The notes under the pieces were generated by a model. It did not search any database and was not told the origin of the DNA. It saw nothing but the letters and a program-made list of their open reading frames with translations. Shown one piece after another: positions 23,374-38,053 of a stretch of 64,000 nt of DNA. Source of the DNA: Octopus sinensis (lineage: Eukaryota). Made by a program: the position numbers and the translations under genes. How positions within the stretch are numbered: position 1 is the first letter of the stretch; every line of letters starts with the position of its first letter. The stretch lies in contig NC_043002.1 of the NCBI RefSeq assembly GCF_006345805.1, positions 81,902,001-81,966,000 on the forward strand, read 5' to 3'.

Positions 23374-23750
23374 TCTTTTACTCTTTTACTTGTTTCAGTC
23401 ATTTGGCTGCGGCCATGCTGGAGCACCACCTTTAATCGAGCAACTCGACCCCGGGACTTATTCTTTTGTAGGCCCAGTACTTATTCTATCGATCTCTTTT
23501 GCCGAACTGCTAAGTAACGGGGACATAAACACACCAGCATCAGTTGTCAAGCAATGCTAGGGGGACAAACACACACACACGCATATATACATATATACGA
23601 CGGGCTTCTTTCAGTTTCCGTCTACCAAATCCACTCACAAGGCTTTGGTCGGCCCAAGGCTATAGTAGAAGACACTTGCCCAAGGTGCCACGCAGTGGGA
23701 CTGAACCCGGAACCATGTGGTTGGTAAACAAGCTACTTACCACACAGCCC
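23374..23750 (-). mobile_element. SINE family A, young full-length copy
   Basis: Very similar to 37773-38233 and to the reverse of 30596-30980; (CTTTTA)-type tail. Confidence 0.92.
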
Positions 23751-24209
23751 ATAAAAAGAAGGGAAAAATCTAGCTGTGTCCATTTTGTCTTTGGTTGTAG
23801 GCATGCTTTTCTAAGTAAAATTTAAATCCTTGTTTATATTTGTTTATATGTATATATATGAGCTGGGTACTTATTCTGTAGGTCTCCTTTGCTAAACTGC
23901 CAAGTTATGGGGGTGTAAACCTACTAGCACCAGTTGTCAAGTGGTGTGTATGTGTGTGTCAAACTGCTAGAAATAGCTTAATATCTCTCAAATTATACCT
24001 TACCTTCAAATGAAAAAAAGGACGCACAATAAAAAATGTTTTATTGTCCTCTCCTCATTTACCCTTGGATGAAAAATAAAGAAATTAGCCATCTTTCTGC
24101 AATATGAAAAGCTGGCGTCTCTGGGTTTACTGCTTGGTTTTTAATTCCTCATTATATAAACAACGTTGAAAGTTTCATACTCCACCACTATTCACCCAGT
24201 TTCCCCTAT

Positions 24210-24251
<42 letters not shown>

Positions 24252-27200
24252 GCCTGTCCATCTGCCTGTCCGTCTATCAGTATTATATGATCCATGTTGA
24301 GAGATGAAATAGCTAATAGTTACAGTTGACAATTTATTCAGGAAATTGTCACACTTGGAGCTAGGAAGCATGAGCTTTGCTGTCAGCATACAAGATAACT
24401 GAGAAGCAGCATCCTATTAACTCTCTTTATTTCTTCTCTCTTTGCTCTTCCTTCACTCCATCTACCTCTGATATATAATTCCCTCTTAAGCTCCTACACT
24501 GTCTCCCTTGTTTTTAGCCTTCTTTTGAATTCTCTCACCACCACCACCACACTAATTCTTTCTTTTCCTTACTGAAAAATTAGGCCCATTTTTCATGATT
24601 GCAATTCAATCTGGTGGTTTGGATGTGTGTTTGGACAGAGTCTTGTCTGAAATAGAAACCAATGTTCTGGTTACCATTTCGTTTTACAGCTCAGAATTTA
24701 TGAATTCGGATTCGCGACTTGATTTCTTCTTTTGCTTACAGTTCTACGGGTTTCCTGAACATTGTAGCCTTTCAGAAAACTGATTCATGGTCATTTAGAA
24801 TCCAAGCCAGATAAACTTGGATGAATATTCTGCTTAACTGTTTTGTGGTGTTTTGATGCTCTTAAATCAGGCACAGCTTTGGCTTTTTTTTTTCTTTCTT
24901 TCGTTTTTCTCTCTCTCTCTCTTTTTTTTTTTTTTTCCTTTTTTTTTTTTTTTTCTTGAAGACAATAACTTAATACCGGAAGGAAAGAACAGAGAATTGA
25001 CCATTTTTCTGATGCCGCAATATCATGCAGATAGAATGTCTCTCGCATAGCTATGACATCTTGTTGCTTTCAATAACTTGTCTATTCTAGTCCTGCCATT
25101 TTTATAATAATCAATATTTTCTCTCGTGTTTTATTTGTCAATCTGTCACCCACCCCTAGTCTCTCTTTCTCTCTCTCTCTCTCCTTTTTTTTTATTGCTA
25201 AATTCAATATGGTTATATTTTCTCAAAAGAAAAAATTTACATTAGAGAATGCTGTGTTTAATATCAAAACATTTTAATTGGATAATTCCATTAATTGAAT
25301 TATATCTTAGACTAATGTTCTCTTTGCTAATGAATAAAGTAATCTTCTTTGGAAAGAAAGGGATTTTGAGTTGGCTGTCAGCTGAAAAGAAAAAGTAATT
25401 TGAGATTTGCTTATATAAAATCTACAAAATCAACTGTTTTCTATAGTTTCTGTTTTGAAATGTCACTGCAAGATAACATTAACTAAGTTTTTGTTACAAC
25501 AAATTTCTTTTAGTAATTTATCTGGAGATCTTCAGAATTTTCTATTAGCTCCCAAACTGTAATGGCCAAAAGCATCAAATAGCTTGTATGTATTATATGC
25601 AAGAAAGATTACATATCTCCAGTTAAAATATGCAAAGATTATCAGTAAACTAAAAGAATGTGTTGAAGGAATAGCTATTACTATAGTCTTTTGTTTATTT
25701 ATTTATTTATCTATTTAATTTTTAAGGCTTAGAAAAAGAAGGTTTATGCCTTGCCTTTTTCAGTATCTATAAGATAAGTAGATGGAAGGAAGGAAGGGGT
25801 CTTCAAAAAGTTAAAAGAACTGGACAAAATGTTTCCGGTTGAGTAGGCTTGGCTGAAGGTACCTATGGAACAGACAATGGTATTAAATTCAACAACTATC
25901 CAATTTATATATCAATACTTAAATACAAGCAGTTTCAGACATGTTGGTAATATGGGAACCAGGGGCAGATATTGAAAGGGTTAAAATCAAGATAGGAAAT
26001 ACGATAATTATAGAATTTGAATATTTTCTAAATGATAGGCATGTGTAGCGTAACCTTTTTTGATGCTGACTGACTCAAGACTGTAAATGAGTTTTATGAT
26101 ACATTGAAGTCTATTATTTTAAAGTTTTCTATTTGTTTATGTTCAAACTAACTGGATCTGACCTCTCACACCTACACTACAATGTCATTCTACAAATATA
26201 CAATTACATCATCGAAATCTCAAAGCTATGAGATAATGTATAATTAATGCAAAACAACATGAATAAATTAGCATTACATTTGAGAGATAATCTGCATGCT
26301 AAAGTGTTAAATTTAAACGTTCCATCATAAATTTTATGTGACATAAACTTTTGGGAAATGACATTCCAAAACACTAGTTTAATAATAACAGCACAGTTAT
26401 TTTTAACTAAATCACCTCAAATTCGCTATTTTCAAAATCAGTTGGAAAAACGTAAGCAGTGCATTTCATTAGAACTAAGGAGACAAAGTGATTAAATTAC
26501 AAAAGCTGCAAATTCAAAATAATGTATATATTTATTTTAGGGTCATAATAGAAAAATTCAGTCAAACTTGTTAATAATAGTCATAAGTAAAAAAAAGTGC
26601 AGTTGGTGATAGATGCAGTAGGGTGGTTGATCAAATATTTTGTAGTACTGTTATATCGCTTTCTGTTCAGTGTTCAAATCCTGCCATACTGGACTTTATA
26701 CTTTTCTTCATAATGGGGGTCATTATAATCAACATGTACTCCTCCTCCCAGTCCCCCCCCCCACTCCCCTCGTTCTTGTGCCTGTGATGTTTAAAATCAA
26801 TATTCACAAGTAGATATATATATATTTTTTTAATACTTTTAATTCTCTTATATTTCAAGCTATTGATTTATTTATATGGCATTTGTATGCATATGTTTCT
26901 TATATACAATCAGTGGCATGCCATGAATATTAGTTCTCAGAGAACCAATTACAATAATTAACTTGTTTAGATTTCTGACTGTGTCAACAGTTGGTGATAT
27001 TTATGGAAACATGTTCTATTGCAGAGCATGTATACAAACACTCTTGCAGCTGTAATAAATGATCATCAGCAAGGAGGATAACAGAAATGGTTGCCGGGGG
27101 AGCTGTGTTATATCCTTAGCAACAGATATGTCAGCAAATATGGACTAAAAAAGATGAAGCACTTTCAGTAGTAACTTAAACATAAAAGGCATTACTAAAA

Positions 27201-28099
27201 CCGATTGAAGTGCTTTAAAAGAAATATATTTGTAGCAAATCTGTTGCTATACTTTTTGTTTTTGTTCATTTTTATTTTGTATATACTTTTTTTTTTTTAA
27301 TTTTTTATTTAAATTAACTGCTTTAGCAGAGATTTCAGTATTTCGTTTTTGTCTTATTATTTCCTCCATTGTATTGCAGTTAATCTATTCTGAACAAACT
27401 AAACTGTGTAAGCTGTTTCACCTCAGTCCTAACCCTCCTCTAAAATTTATTATTTATTGCATACTGTCTGTATATGTTATACGAGGTATGTAATGGTATA
27501 TGTAACATTAACTTAACTGCTTCGATGAGAGGCGGGGGGGGGGGTTCTGACAGGAATCTTTCTCTCTCCAACATCTTTCTTTTTTGTTTTCTTTGTCACA
27601 TCTGTGTTACTGAAGTCCATTCTCCACCCGTACCACCATAAAAATCCGTGTGAACCATTTAATTTTTCTTTGTTTTTCCATAATTCTTCCAAATAGGTTT
27701 CTTAGATCTTCAAATAACTTCTTCTCCATTAATATCTCTTTTTCTTCTTTCCCTTCCTAACAATATTTTCACTGTTAGTTTTCCCGCCTACTCTCCATCT
27801 TCCCTTTTTTTTTATTTTTCTTATATTTTCAAATATATATATTGAGGTCCATCTTTTTGTGACCTTCCTTAAAAAGTAAATAAATGAATACTTTGATGGA
27901 GATTTGGCTGCTGTTTCTTGCTGGTCAAATGACTGCATAGAGTAGTCATGGGTAAACTGCATCCCTCAGAACTTTCTAAATGGTGAGCCTAGCAAAAATA
28001 TTACCTCAAATTTTTTAGTAGTGTAGCCTGCCCAATGATGAGTGCCTCATGTAGCCTCTTTGTCAAAAAAGGTTGCCTAGATCTGATATACAGCCTCCT

Positions 28100-28139
<40 letters not shown>

Positions 28140-28156
28140 CTCTCTCTCTCACACAC

Positions 28157-28318
28157 ATGACAGGCTTCTTTCAGTTTTCATCTATCAAGTTTACTCCCAA
28201 AGCTTTGGTTGGCCTGAAGCTACAGCAGAAGACACTTGCCCAAGGTGCCATGCAGTGGGACTGAACCCGGAACCATGTGGTTGGGAAAGCAAGCTTTTTA
28301 CCACGCAGCTATGCCTGC
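28157..28318 (-). mobile_element. SINE family A head
   Basis: Matches the head part of 23374-23750. Confidence 0.8.
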
Positions 28319-29225
28319 ATCTATTTATCATCTTGTTTAAATTTTAATGTTCTCTAAAAAGTTCAGGACAAGAATGCTGAACATTTGAAATTTTTAATTC
28401 ACATTTTGTTTTGGTTACCATTTTAATCATATGCTAGTCATAAAAATGTTCTTCTGTATGTGTGCATATGTTTGTGAGAGAAGCATTTAGATATGGTCTG
28501 ATTTCTTGTAGAAATTTCTCTTAACATTGAAATATTTCAAGACATTCTTTACTTCGGTGAGAGAGAGAGAGAGAGAAGGAACATTAACAACTGCGTCTCA
28601 GTTGTATATTCTAAACTCTTACAAGTGGAATAGTGTAATTATACATGTATTTCTGCATGTGGCTCACAAGGAAACAATAAGAGATTGTTCAGCGATAAAA
28701 TATTTTACCAACAGTCACAAACAACAACAACAACAATAGTTCCTTATCTTTCGGTTGGATTTTCTGCTTTTCTGCTATGAAATGAAACCAGTACCAACTG
28801 AATATGTTATTGGCATGATAAATGAGAAACATGCTTACCAAAATAAGACTGTCATTCCATTTGCTATCAGTTCATTGTTGTCTAAGATAAAAAAATATGA
28901 CTTATGCAAATCGACATCGGTTGTATACTCTTATTGCTTTTAGTGTGTTCATGGTTTTTTTTTGTTTTTTTTTTTTTTGCTTTTTTGATTTTGTTTTGCC
29001 TCATATAAAGAACATGCATCTATGCATTGACATGCTCAAATATTACAGACGTGAGAATGCAAGATGAATATTACAGAGAATTATAGTTCTGTGTGTAATT
29101 AAGCATAATTTTATAAGAAACATCTTGAAGAAGCTATAGATTTGGCCCTTCTAAAAACGACAGTTGACCCAAATGCATGAGACATGAATAGATATCTTTT
29201 TGATATTCTTTTACATATTTCACCT

Positions 29226-29535
29226 GAAGGCATATGGCTCAGTGGTTAGAGTATCAGGCTCACAATCATGAGGTTGTGAGTTCAATTCCTGGACCAGGCT
29301 GTGTGTTGTGTTTTTGAGCAAGACACTTTGTTTTCATGTTGATCTAGTTTGTTCAGCTGTAGAAAGGAGTTGCGACATCACTGGGACCAAGTTGCATTGT
29401 CCTTTGCTTTGGGTAATGTCAGTGGCATGGAGAGAGGAGAAGCTGGTATGCATAAACAACTTTGCCTGGACTTGTGCCTTGTAAGGTAAATTTCTAGGTG
29501 CAATCCTATGGTCATTCATGACCGAACAGGATCTT
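29226..29535 (+). mobile_element. SINE family D
   Basis: tRNA-like head TGGCTCAGTGGTTAGAG (A box) ... GAGTTCAATTCC (B box). Confidence 0.75.
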
Positions 29536-30194
29536 TTTACACATTTCAATCATTGGAGTGTGACTATGCCAGGAATCATCATCATCATTGTCAACTGTCC
29601 TATCTTCCATGTTAGCTTGGGATGGATGGTTTGACAGGCAGCTGGCAAACCAGAAGATGCAACTGACTTCACTGTCTGAGATTTACATTTTTGACATAGA
29701 GGGGTACAACTAGATGCATTGGTAAATATCAACATAAACATAAACAGCATACACCCAAATAGGATTCTGCACAGTTTCCTTCTATCACATTCTAGTTTAC
29801 GCAGCATTTGTCAGTATAGGGCTGTGATGGGAAATTTCTGTACAAAGCACCTTGCACTGGGTTTGAGCCTAAATGTAATCTTAACCTCATAGTGGTGCCT
29901 TTATTATATTTTATTTTCTTCAAACCTGTATGCTGATGGGGCTAGCACTTCTCCTGAGAGTACAAAACTGACCACTGAAAGAGATGCCAGTTCATCATAA
30001 GCTTAACTTTCTGGTGCTGCTAGTACTCATTTTCAGCTGAGTGTACTGGAACTGTATGAAATAAAATGCTTTGCTGAGGAACACAGTGCATTGCCTTGCC
30101 CAAGAATTGAACTCCTGTGCTTAACAATCATGAACCCAGCATTCTAACCACTAGGTTTACAACCTTCATAGCTACACCTGTAAATATTTGAACC

Positions 30195-30395
30195 ATCATT
30201 TAACATCCATTTTCCATGCTGGCATGGGTTGGACTGTTTGATAGGACCTGACAAACCCAATAAGGCCGTGTCATGTTCCAGTATCAGCTTCAGCGTGATT
30301 TCTATGGCTGGGTGCCCTTCCTAAAAGCCAACCACTGTACAGACTGTACTGGGTACTCTTCCCCCCACTTAACTGGCACTAGCAAGGTTACCAAA
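30195..30395 (-). mobile_element. SINE family C
   Basis: CATCATTTAACATCCATTTTCCATGCTGGCATGGGTTGG...TGCCCTTCCTAA. Confidence 0.7.
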
Positions 30396-30595
30396 TAGCT
30401 TGTGCCAGTTGTAGTTTTTGTTTCTGTTATCCAATGATTGTCTTGCTATGTTTTAAAAATAAATTTCATGCATTAAAAGGACACTTTTTATAAATTGACA
30501 CTGTTTAAATTGCTCAAAATGCTATTTTATCTTTTTGGGAAATTGAAACATTTCTTAATCCTTGAATGAACTTTAAAAAAAAAAAATTTTTATAT

Positions 30596-30980
30596 AGGAG
30601 TGGCTGTGTGGTAAGTAGCTTGCCAACCAACCACATGGTTCCGGGTTCAGTCCCACTGCGTGGCATCTTGGGCAAGTGTCTTCTATAGCCCCGGGCCGAC
30701 CAATGCCTTGTGAGTGGATTTGGTAGACGGAAACTGAAAGAAGCCTGTCGTATATATATATATGTATGTATGTGTGTGTGTTTGTCCCCCTAGCATTGCT
30801 TGACTACCGATGCTGGTGTGTTTACGTCCCCCATCATTTAGCAGTTCGGCAAAAGAGACCGATAGAATAAGTACTGGGCTTACAAAGAATAAGTCCCGGG
30901 GTCGATTTGCTCGACTAAAGGCGGTGCTCCAGCATGGCCGCAGTCAAATGACCGAAACAAGTAAAAGAGTAAACGAGAGT
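30596..30980 (+). mobile_element. SINE family A, young full-length copy
   Basis: Head GGAGTGGCTGTGTGGTAAG...GGGTTCAGTCCC (A/B-box-like), internal (TA)/(TG), tail GTAAAAGAGTAAACGAG. Confidence 0.92.
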
Positions 30981-33317
30981 AAATATATTCACCTGAATTA
31001 GTCTGCTAAATAACTCGTTCCACTCTTCTAACTTGAGCCAGTTTGTCTTTTTCTCACATGTGAATCTACTTTAGCAAGAAATCTCAGTCTTTTGCCCATT
31101 TCTTCTTACTGCGTCGTCATCACCACAATGTTCTCATATTGTCTTCCATTCTGCATAAACATTTCTCATCTGCGTTCTTCAAATGATCCTGGATCTTTTC
31201 TATATTTCATTACTTTAAGACTATTTATTTCTTTAATGTCCTGCCAAATCAATTTTTATTTCATTTACCAAAACACTAGGTAGTGAATTGGCAATCATCA
31301 GTGTTGGTGTGAATGCCTTGTGGTATTTGTTGCAACTCTGCACTTTTGAGTTCAAGTTCAAATCTTACTAAAATCACTTTGTTTTTCATTCTTTCACTGT
31401 TGATTTAAAAAAAAAAAAAAAAAAAAAAAAGCACCAGTCTAGGATGGTTGAATGGTAGAAATGTGAAAGCATTGGACAGGATGCTTTGTGGAATCTATTC
31501 CAGCAGTTCTTCACATTCTGAGTTCCAAAGGGTGGGGTCGGGGAACGAAGAAGTAATGGGAACACAGTTCCATGAGGAAGATTGACTATCCTGCCCCTTC
31601 CATACATACATACATACATACACAATTTACACACTCATTTGCTGAGTAATAAACACAACACTTCTGACAGTATGTCTTGTAAGTCCTTTCCAAAGTAAAT
31701 AGACAATTGGTTTTTATTTTATTCCCCCCCCCCACACACACACGCACACTCTAACTTCATGTTGTTTCCTCTTCTCTTCTAATTTGGGCTGAATGGCATT
31801 AATATATCTGATGCTTTATTTTCTCTGTGTGAATGTGTGTCTTGTCTGTGGTCAGCTTTTAAAACCATGACAAATATGCTGGCATTTCAGCTAGTGTTTT
31901 TTTAAAATTTTTATTTTCTTTTTTCGGTTATTGTTGGCCGTGTTTCTATAAATGGAGAGGAATTTTATTATTATACGACTGGTATCATTTCTAAATTAAT
32001 ATACAACTTGTAGTAGATTTGCAAATCTGATACTATGATTAAGCTGTGTGCGTGTGTCTGCGCGCACGCGTGTGTCTGCATGGATGTGCGCATATGCATG
32101 CACATATGTAGGAAAGCTGGAAATGAACACAAACATGCATATGTCTATGTAAAATGAAAATTGGTGCTGGAGGGTAGAGAAATAGATTCATATTTGCTCC
32201 TGGCAAACAATTTGTGATATTCATGCTTTATTATGGCAAAAGGGGGGAAAAAAAATAAAATGAATCAACATATGATTGATAATTTCTTCCTATATTTTGT
32301 TCTTGTTTTTATCTTGAAATATAAGAATAGCAGCCACTGGATGTGTCATTATTTTTCAGTAGAATATGCTATGTATAAATTAGTAGTAGGAGTAAATTCT
32401 TTCTGTAATGTAGAGTTAGTGGAGATGTTGATTTAACCTTCTGATATCAAATTATTTCTACTTGTTAGTGTTGTTGTGGTGGTAGTGTTGGTGGTGCTGC
32501 CCCAGGTTAGACCTAATTGAGCAGATGTATGAAGAAAGACAATCAAGCCATGACCATCACCTTTCCTCCCCACCATATTTTTTTCTTCTTCATAAATCGT
32601 GTACTTCAGACTTCATTTATCTTATTAAGAAATTCAGCTGCTCTTAATAGCAAGTCAATCAACCATATCCCTCATTTGGCTCATTTTCTTTTTATTATCA
32701 TACAGCTGTCCAAAAGAAAACAGATTTTACATGATTGTTCATCAAACACTTCTTGCCACAGCTGGAAACAAAACACACCCATGTGACACATTTTGAATCA
32801 ATTGTTTGACAGTTTTGTGGTCAGAAGTATCCATCAATGAGTGATTGGTCTTATTAACTCCAGAGATTGATAGAAATGTAGTTGTGATTTTCATGCTTTT
32901 CCAACTGCATGGATGAGTTAGTATAACAGCTGCAACTGAGAAATAAGATTCACTCCTAATTTCATTTTGCTGAGGACTTACAATTTATACAAACTGCGCT
33001 CTACAGATGTTCTTACCATTTCATAAAATGATCCATCAGTCTCACTCTTTCTCTCTCGGCTCTTGTCCCTCGCTTCTATACACTACTCAGTTGAGTGTCT
33101 TATCTTGCAGGTACTTGATGACTTCACCATTGCTGGTGAACATATATAAGAAGCACCCAGTGCACTCTAAGTGGTTGGCATTAGGAAGGGCATCCAGCTT
33201 TAGAAACCAAGCTAAAGCAGGTGTAGCACTTGTTGGGACCCTTTAGCCTTGCCTGCTCTTGTCAGACTGTCCAACCCTTGCCAACATGAAAAAGGGAAGT
33301 TAAATGGTGTTGATTTT

Positions 33318-33366
<49 letters not shown>

Positions 33367-35701
33367 ATGATTTGTGAATTGAATACAAATATTTGGTTTT
33401 TGCTTAGTAAGACTCTTTAACACCAAAAGAAGTGGTCATACTTCTTTGGGGGTCAAAATCACAACATATCTCTTGGGGCAGCTGATGAAGGAAATTCCTC
33501 CAGTTGCTTTAGATTGAATTTCATTCTATATTTATGTCTCTGCTAGTTGTTAATGTCTGTTGGTTTGTTTGTGTCGTTCAGTTTTTGTTTTCTCTCTGGT
33601 GTTCTTTATGGGGTGAGTGGGATTATAGGCCCTTAGATAATTTCTGATCCAGGTGAAATTTGTTATAGAGTTAGGTATTAATTTTATTCAGTCTGTAAAT
33701 CTGTAAATAAAACTTTAGTTTAGCATGGTCTGATTACAATTATAAGACGAATGTGAAAGTGTGTGTCTGTGCGTGTGCACAGACACACACACACACACAC
33801 ACACACATTAATCTATCCTTCCATATTGCAAACTCTTGTTCCTGCAACCGTTTGTCTTTCGCACTGATTCTTTAATTCCTTTCCATCCTGCTATGACACC
33901 TTACTGCTTACATATAGGAGGTAATGTGGTGCATAAGCAAAACCATACTGGATTTCTCATTCATTCCTCGTAACCCTTATACTTCAGGAAACATAGCTCT
34001 AAAAGTCAATACTGCATCATACTTATGTTGACTTATCTAATGCTAACTATTTATCAATAAAACACTCCCATGGTTCATGCCAAATTAGCTGAACTATCCA
34101 ACTCATGCTTGCATGGAATGAAGAGTTTGGAAACATTAGAAATAATAAAAATAAGATTATTTAACACCCAAAAAGTGTAGGTAATTCCTTGGGTATCTTG
34201 ATTTTAGTCGCCGTGAATGAATGTGCTATTTGCATTGTGTACTTAACTATTGAGACCCTTCTGTTTTTATTGGAATTTCTGTTGAATGTTACTTTGTATT
34301 TCAATGCATTCTGCCAATAAACTGTCTTCTGTCACCATTTAATTCATTATGGAATGCAGTTATTCTACCCTTTCCTATCTGTCTGTCTCCCCCCCCCCAC
34401 TCTCTCACACACATAGACACACACACATCTCTCTCACATCCAGTTCTTCTGAATGGTTCCTTTATAATCTCAAAGGCTTTTGGCTTTTTTCTCTATTCCC
34501 ATTGCAAACCTTAACTAATAAGTAAACACGGTGTTGTTTGACTGTTAATGCGAAAGAACTATAAGCATTGGCATCTGATGGGTTAGCAGCTATGCAAGGC
34601 ACTTCTTCATTCAGCATTGCTATCCTATAAAACTACAGTTGGCTACTAACATACCGATCAATAACCAATTGATTAGTACATTACAGAGAGAATACAATTG
34701 TATTCATATATCAAATAGGTTTAAGAAGAAATAATGGACTTTCTCCCTTCCTCCCAATATACATTTTTTAAAATTCTGTATTCTCTATCAATGCATAGGG
34801 ATTACACTTGCTCTATGCAAACACAGGCTTTTTCAGTACAGCATCAGATTACCTTTTGTAATAATACCAACCTTTTTTCTTCTAAATTGAGATATCTTCC
34901 TGCTTGCTATACATACCAGGGTAGGTTTTTCTGCTATAAAACCAGCTCAGATAAAAGAAGCAATTGATTCAGAATTATAAAACGGGAAGATATTTTATTA
35001 TATCTTTCTTGTAGCAGATGTATTTTCTCCTTAATCTCTTCTGCTTTTGTTCATGTTCTTCAATTGTTTGTTTGCTTGTTTGTTTGTTTAAGGAAACTGA
35101 AAACAATTTATATAATTATATTTAATGGGGGCTAGAATATCTTGTCACAAACAATGGCTACCTTAGCACTGCACTCAGTAGCAACAGTTCCTGCTTACCC
35201 AATGGTGCAATAGTTCAATAATCAAGTATTTGTTTAAACATTAAACAATGTGCAAGCAAAGTCAGAAATGACCTGCTAGAAATGACAGCCAAATTCCCTT
35301 AAACCTCTCCCAAAGGAAGGACACTTATGATAATGTAGCTCTTGATGTACTATATCTGGAAATGAGATGGTCATGGCTAGAGCACTTTTGATCATAGGTT
35401 TGTTCAATCTGTTGTTAGTCCAAACAACAACAACTTTGCTTCCAATGTGAGAATCTGACTGTGTACACACGTTTGTGTACGGGTAAGGTTCTGTAAATAT
35501 TGTGTATTTATGCCACCATTTGTAATGGTTCACTAGATAACCATTAAATAAAGCCATCTTTTGTTAAGGCCTTGTAATTATATTAAGTCAGTTCTAACAG
35601 CATTTGTACATTAGGACAAAAGCAGTTTGAGTTGTAAAGGAACCTAATGCATTCATTAGTCATGTATTTATTATACCTTTGAGTACACATGAACACACAC
35701 G

Positions 35702-35742
<41 letters not shown>

Positions 35743-35744
35743 AC

Positions 35745-36378
35745 AATGGCTGTATGGTAAGAAGCTTGCTTCCCAACCATGTGGTTCCAAGATCAGTCCC
35801 TCTTCGTGGCACCTTGGGCTAGTGTCTTCCACTATAGCCTCAGACTGGCCAAAGCCTTGTGAGTGGATTTGGGAGATGGAAACTGAAAAGAAGCCCAACA
35901 CACACACGTGTGTCTACCTGTCTGTCTCTCTCTGTTTGACCCTCAACACTGCTTGACAATCAGTATTTGTTTCTTTATTGCCCACAAGGGACTAAACATA
36001 GAGGGGACAAACAAGGACAGACAAAGGGATTAAGTCGATTACATCGACCCCAGTGCGAAACTGGTACTTTATTTATCGACCCCGAAAGGATGAAAGGCAA
36101 AGTCGACCTCGGCGGAATTTGAACTCAGAACGTAACGGCAGACGAAATACGGGTATGTATTTCGCCCGGCGTGCTAACGTTTCTGCCAGCTCGCCGCCTT
36201 CAGTATTGATGTGTTTACGTACCTGTAACTTAGCAGTTTAGCAAAAGAGCCTACTGATAGAATAAATACCAGGCTTTAAGGGAGAAAAAAAAAAGTACTT
36301 GGTTGATTCCTTCAACTAAAATCCTTCAAGGTAGTTCCCCAGCATGTCCAGTCTCATGACTGAAACAAAGAAAAGATG
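35745..36378 (+). mobile_element. SINE family A interrupted by an antisense SINE B1
   Basis: A sequence resumes at ~36200 where it stopped at ~35967. Confidence 0.8.
35968..36199 (-). mobile_element. SINE family B1, young, with TSD
   Basis: TCAGTATT duplicated at 35960-35967 and 36200-36207. Confidence 0.9.
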
Positions 36379-36916
36379 AATGATACACACACACAAACAA
36401 ATTACTAGCAAGGACACAATATTTCATTTTTCAACCATAATATACAACCAAGTATATTAAAGGTTTACAAGCCAATATTCTGCCTAATTTTTGTGTTAGG
36501 TGTGTGTGTGTGTGTGTGTACATGCATGCATGCCTTGACAGACAGATAGGATGTTCTTGAAGCTGAGGATTTTAAAGTTACGGAGACAATATTTACATAT
36601 CGCCTGAGGAAACACAACTAGATCTCATAATGCAGGGAAACAGTTGCATAATCAAGTACCTGCACACCTGGATAACTATGCTGTGTGGAAACAATTGTAG
36701 TGATTAAAAAGTAAATGTCCCAAATACATGTTTTTCTTGTTGACTCCAATTTTTTCAACTGTCTATTCACTCACGACAGATGCCCAAATGCAAACCTGAA
36801 AGTATGTATGATACTACTACTGGATAGCACAGGATAAATCTGAAGTTGGACAAGCTTTATACTGTACTCTACTATGTTCTTAACAGAATATACCATAACT
36901 GTGCACGCGTGCGTGC

Positions 36917-36952
<36 letters not shown>

Positions 36953-36958
<6 letters not shown>

Positions 36959-37249
36959 ACCGACCAGGCTATAAGATGTTGGTACATATCGCTGGTCACA
37001 ATGCGGTTCTCATTGTTTTAGCCTTCAAATGACATCACCCCGCTGGCTAAGCGAGCAGGCTAACAGAAGAAAGAGTGAAAGAAAGTTGTGGCGAAAGAGT
37101 ACAGCAGGGACCGCCACTACCCCCTGCCAAAGCCTCGTGGAGCTTTTGGTGTTTTTGCTCAATAAACACTCACAATGCCCAGTCGGGGAATCGAAACCGC
37201 GATCCTACAACCGTGAGTCCGCTACTCTAACCACTGGGCCATTGCGCCT
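36953..37249 (-). mobile_element. tRNA-headed SINE (D-related head, distinct body) within (TA)n
   Basis: Reverse strand begins GAGGCGCAATGGCCCAGTGGTTAGAG...GGTTTCGATTCCCC; flanked on both sides by (TA)n tracts. Confidence 0.8.
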
Positions 37250-37772
37250 CTATATATATATATATGTATATATATATGTATATATATATGTATATATATA
37301 TGTATATATATATATATATATATATGTATGTAAAGTATGCAGTTTTAGACATTAGAGATCTCTTCATTAGGCTTGCATCAAAGGTGTACTATCACATTAC
37401 ACATATACACATATGTATAAAATTAAATATAACATAGTAATAAAACAAAATACAGACCACTATCAGTTTGTGCCATTGAGACCTCAAGTGTTCTCAGACC
37501 TCACATTACTGATTTCCTCTGCAAAATCAGAATAACTGCAACCCATCTGGGAGATGAACCCCGCAAGGTGGAATGGCCACTGCATCGAGTGTCATGGCAA
37601 TACCTTTGCAGTCATGAATGACCATGGGGTACATGCTATTTGTTCTGGTGTGTGCACCTCATTGCTCCCTCCCTGCCATCTTTTGCTGCTTAATTTTCCT
37701 CCCCCTTTTTCTTTTTGTTTTCTGTTTGTTTCCTTGTAGTTAAATTATGAAAGAATAAAGAAATTAATACAT

Positions 37773-37987
37773 CTCTTTTACTCTTTTACTTGTTTCAGTC
37801 ATTTGACTGCAGCCATGCTGGAGCACCACCTTTAATCGAGCAACTCGACCCCGGGACTTATTCTTTTTGTAAGCCCAGTACTTATTCTATCGGTCTCTTT
37901 TGCCGAACCGCAAAGTAACGGGGACATAAACACACCAGCATCAGTTGTCAAGCAATGCTAGGAGGACAAACACAGACACACAAACAA

Positions 37988-38053
<66 letters not shown>

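Noticed and set aside
29226-29310. tRNA gene
   Set aside because: A/B-box-like motifs are present, but the sequence continues into a SINE body shared with other copies and I cannot fold a complete cloverleaf; the same applies to 12046, 30596 and 37249.
31010-31240. LINE reverse-transcriptase C-terminal remnant
   Set aside because: Purine-rich minus strand with short open stretches but no convincing RT or endonuclease motif.
33111-33135. 25-nt exon (VLDDFTIA) or recursive splice site CAG|GTACTT
   Set aside because: The donor lies within a degraded SINE C and the recursive donor is weak.
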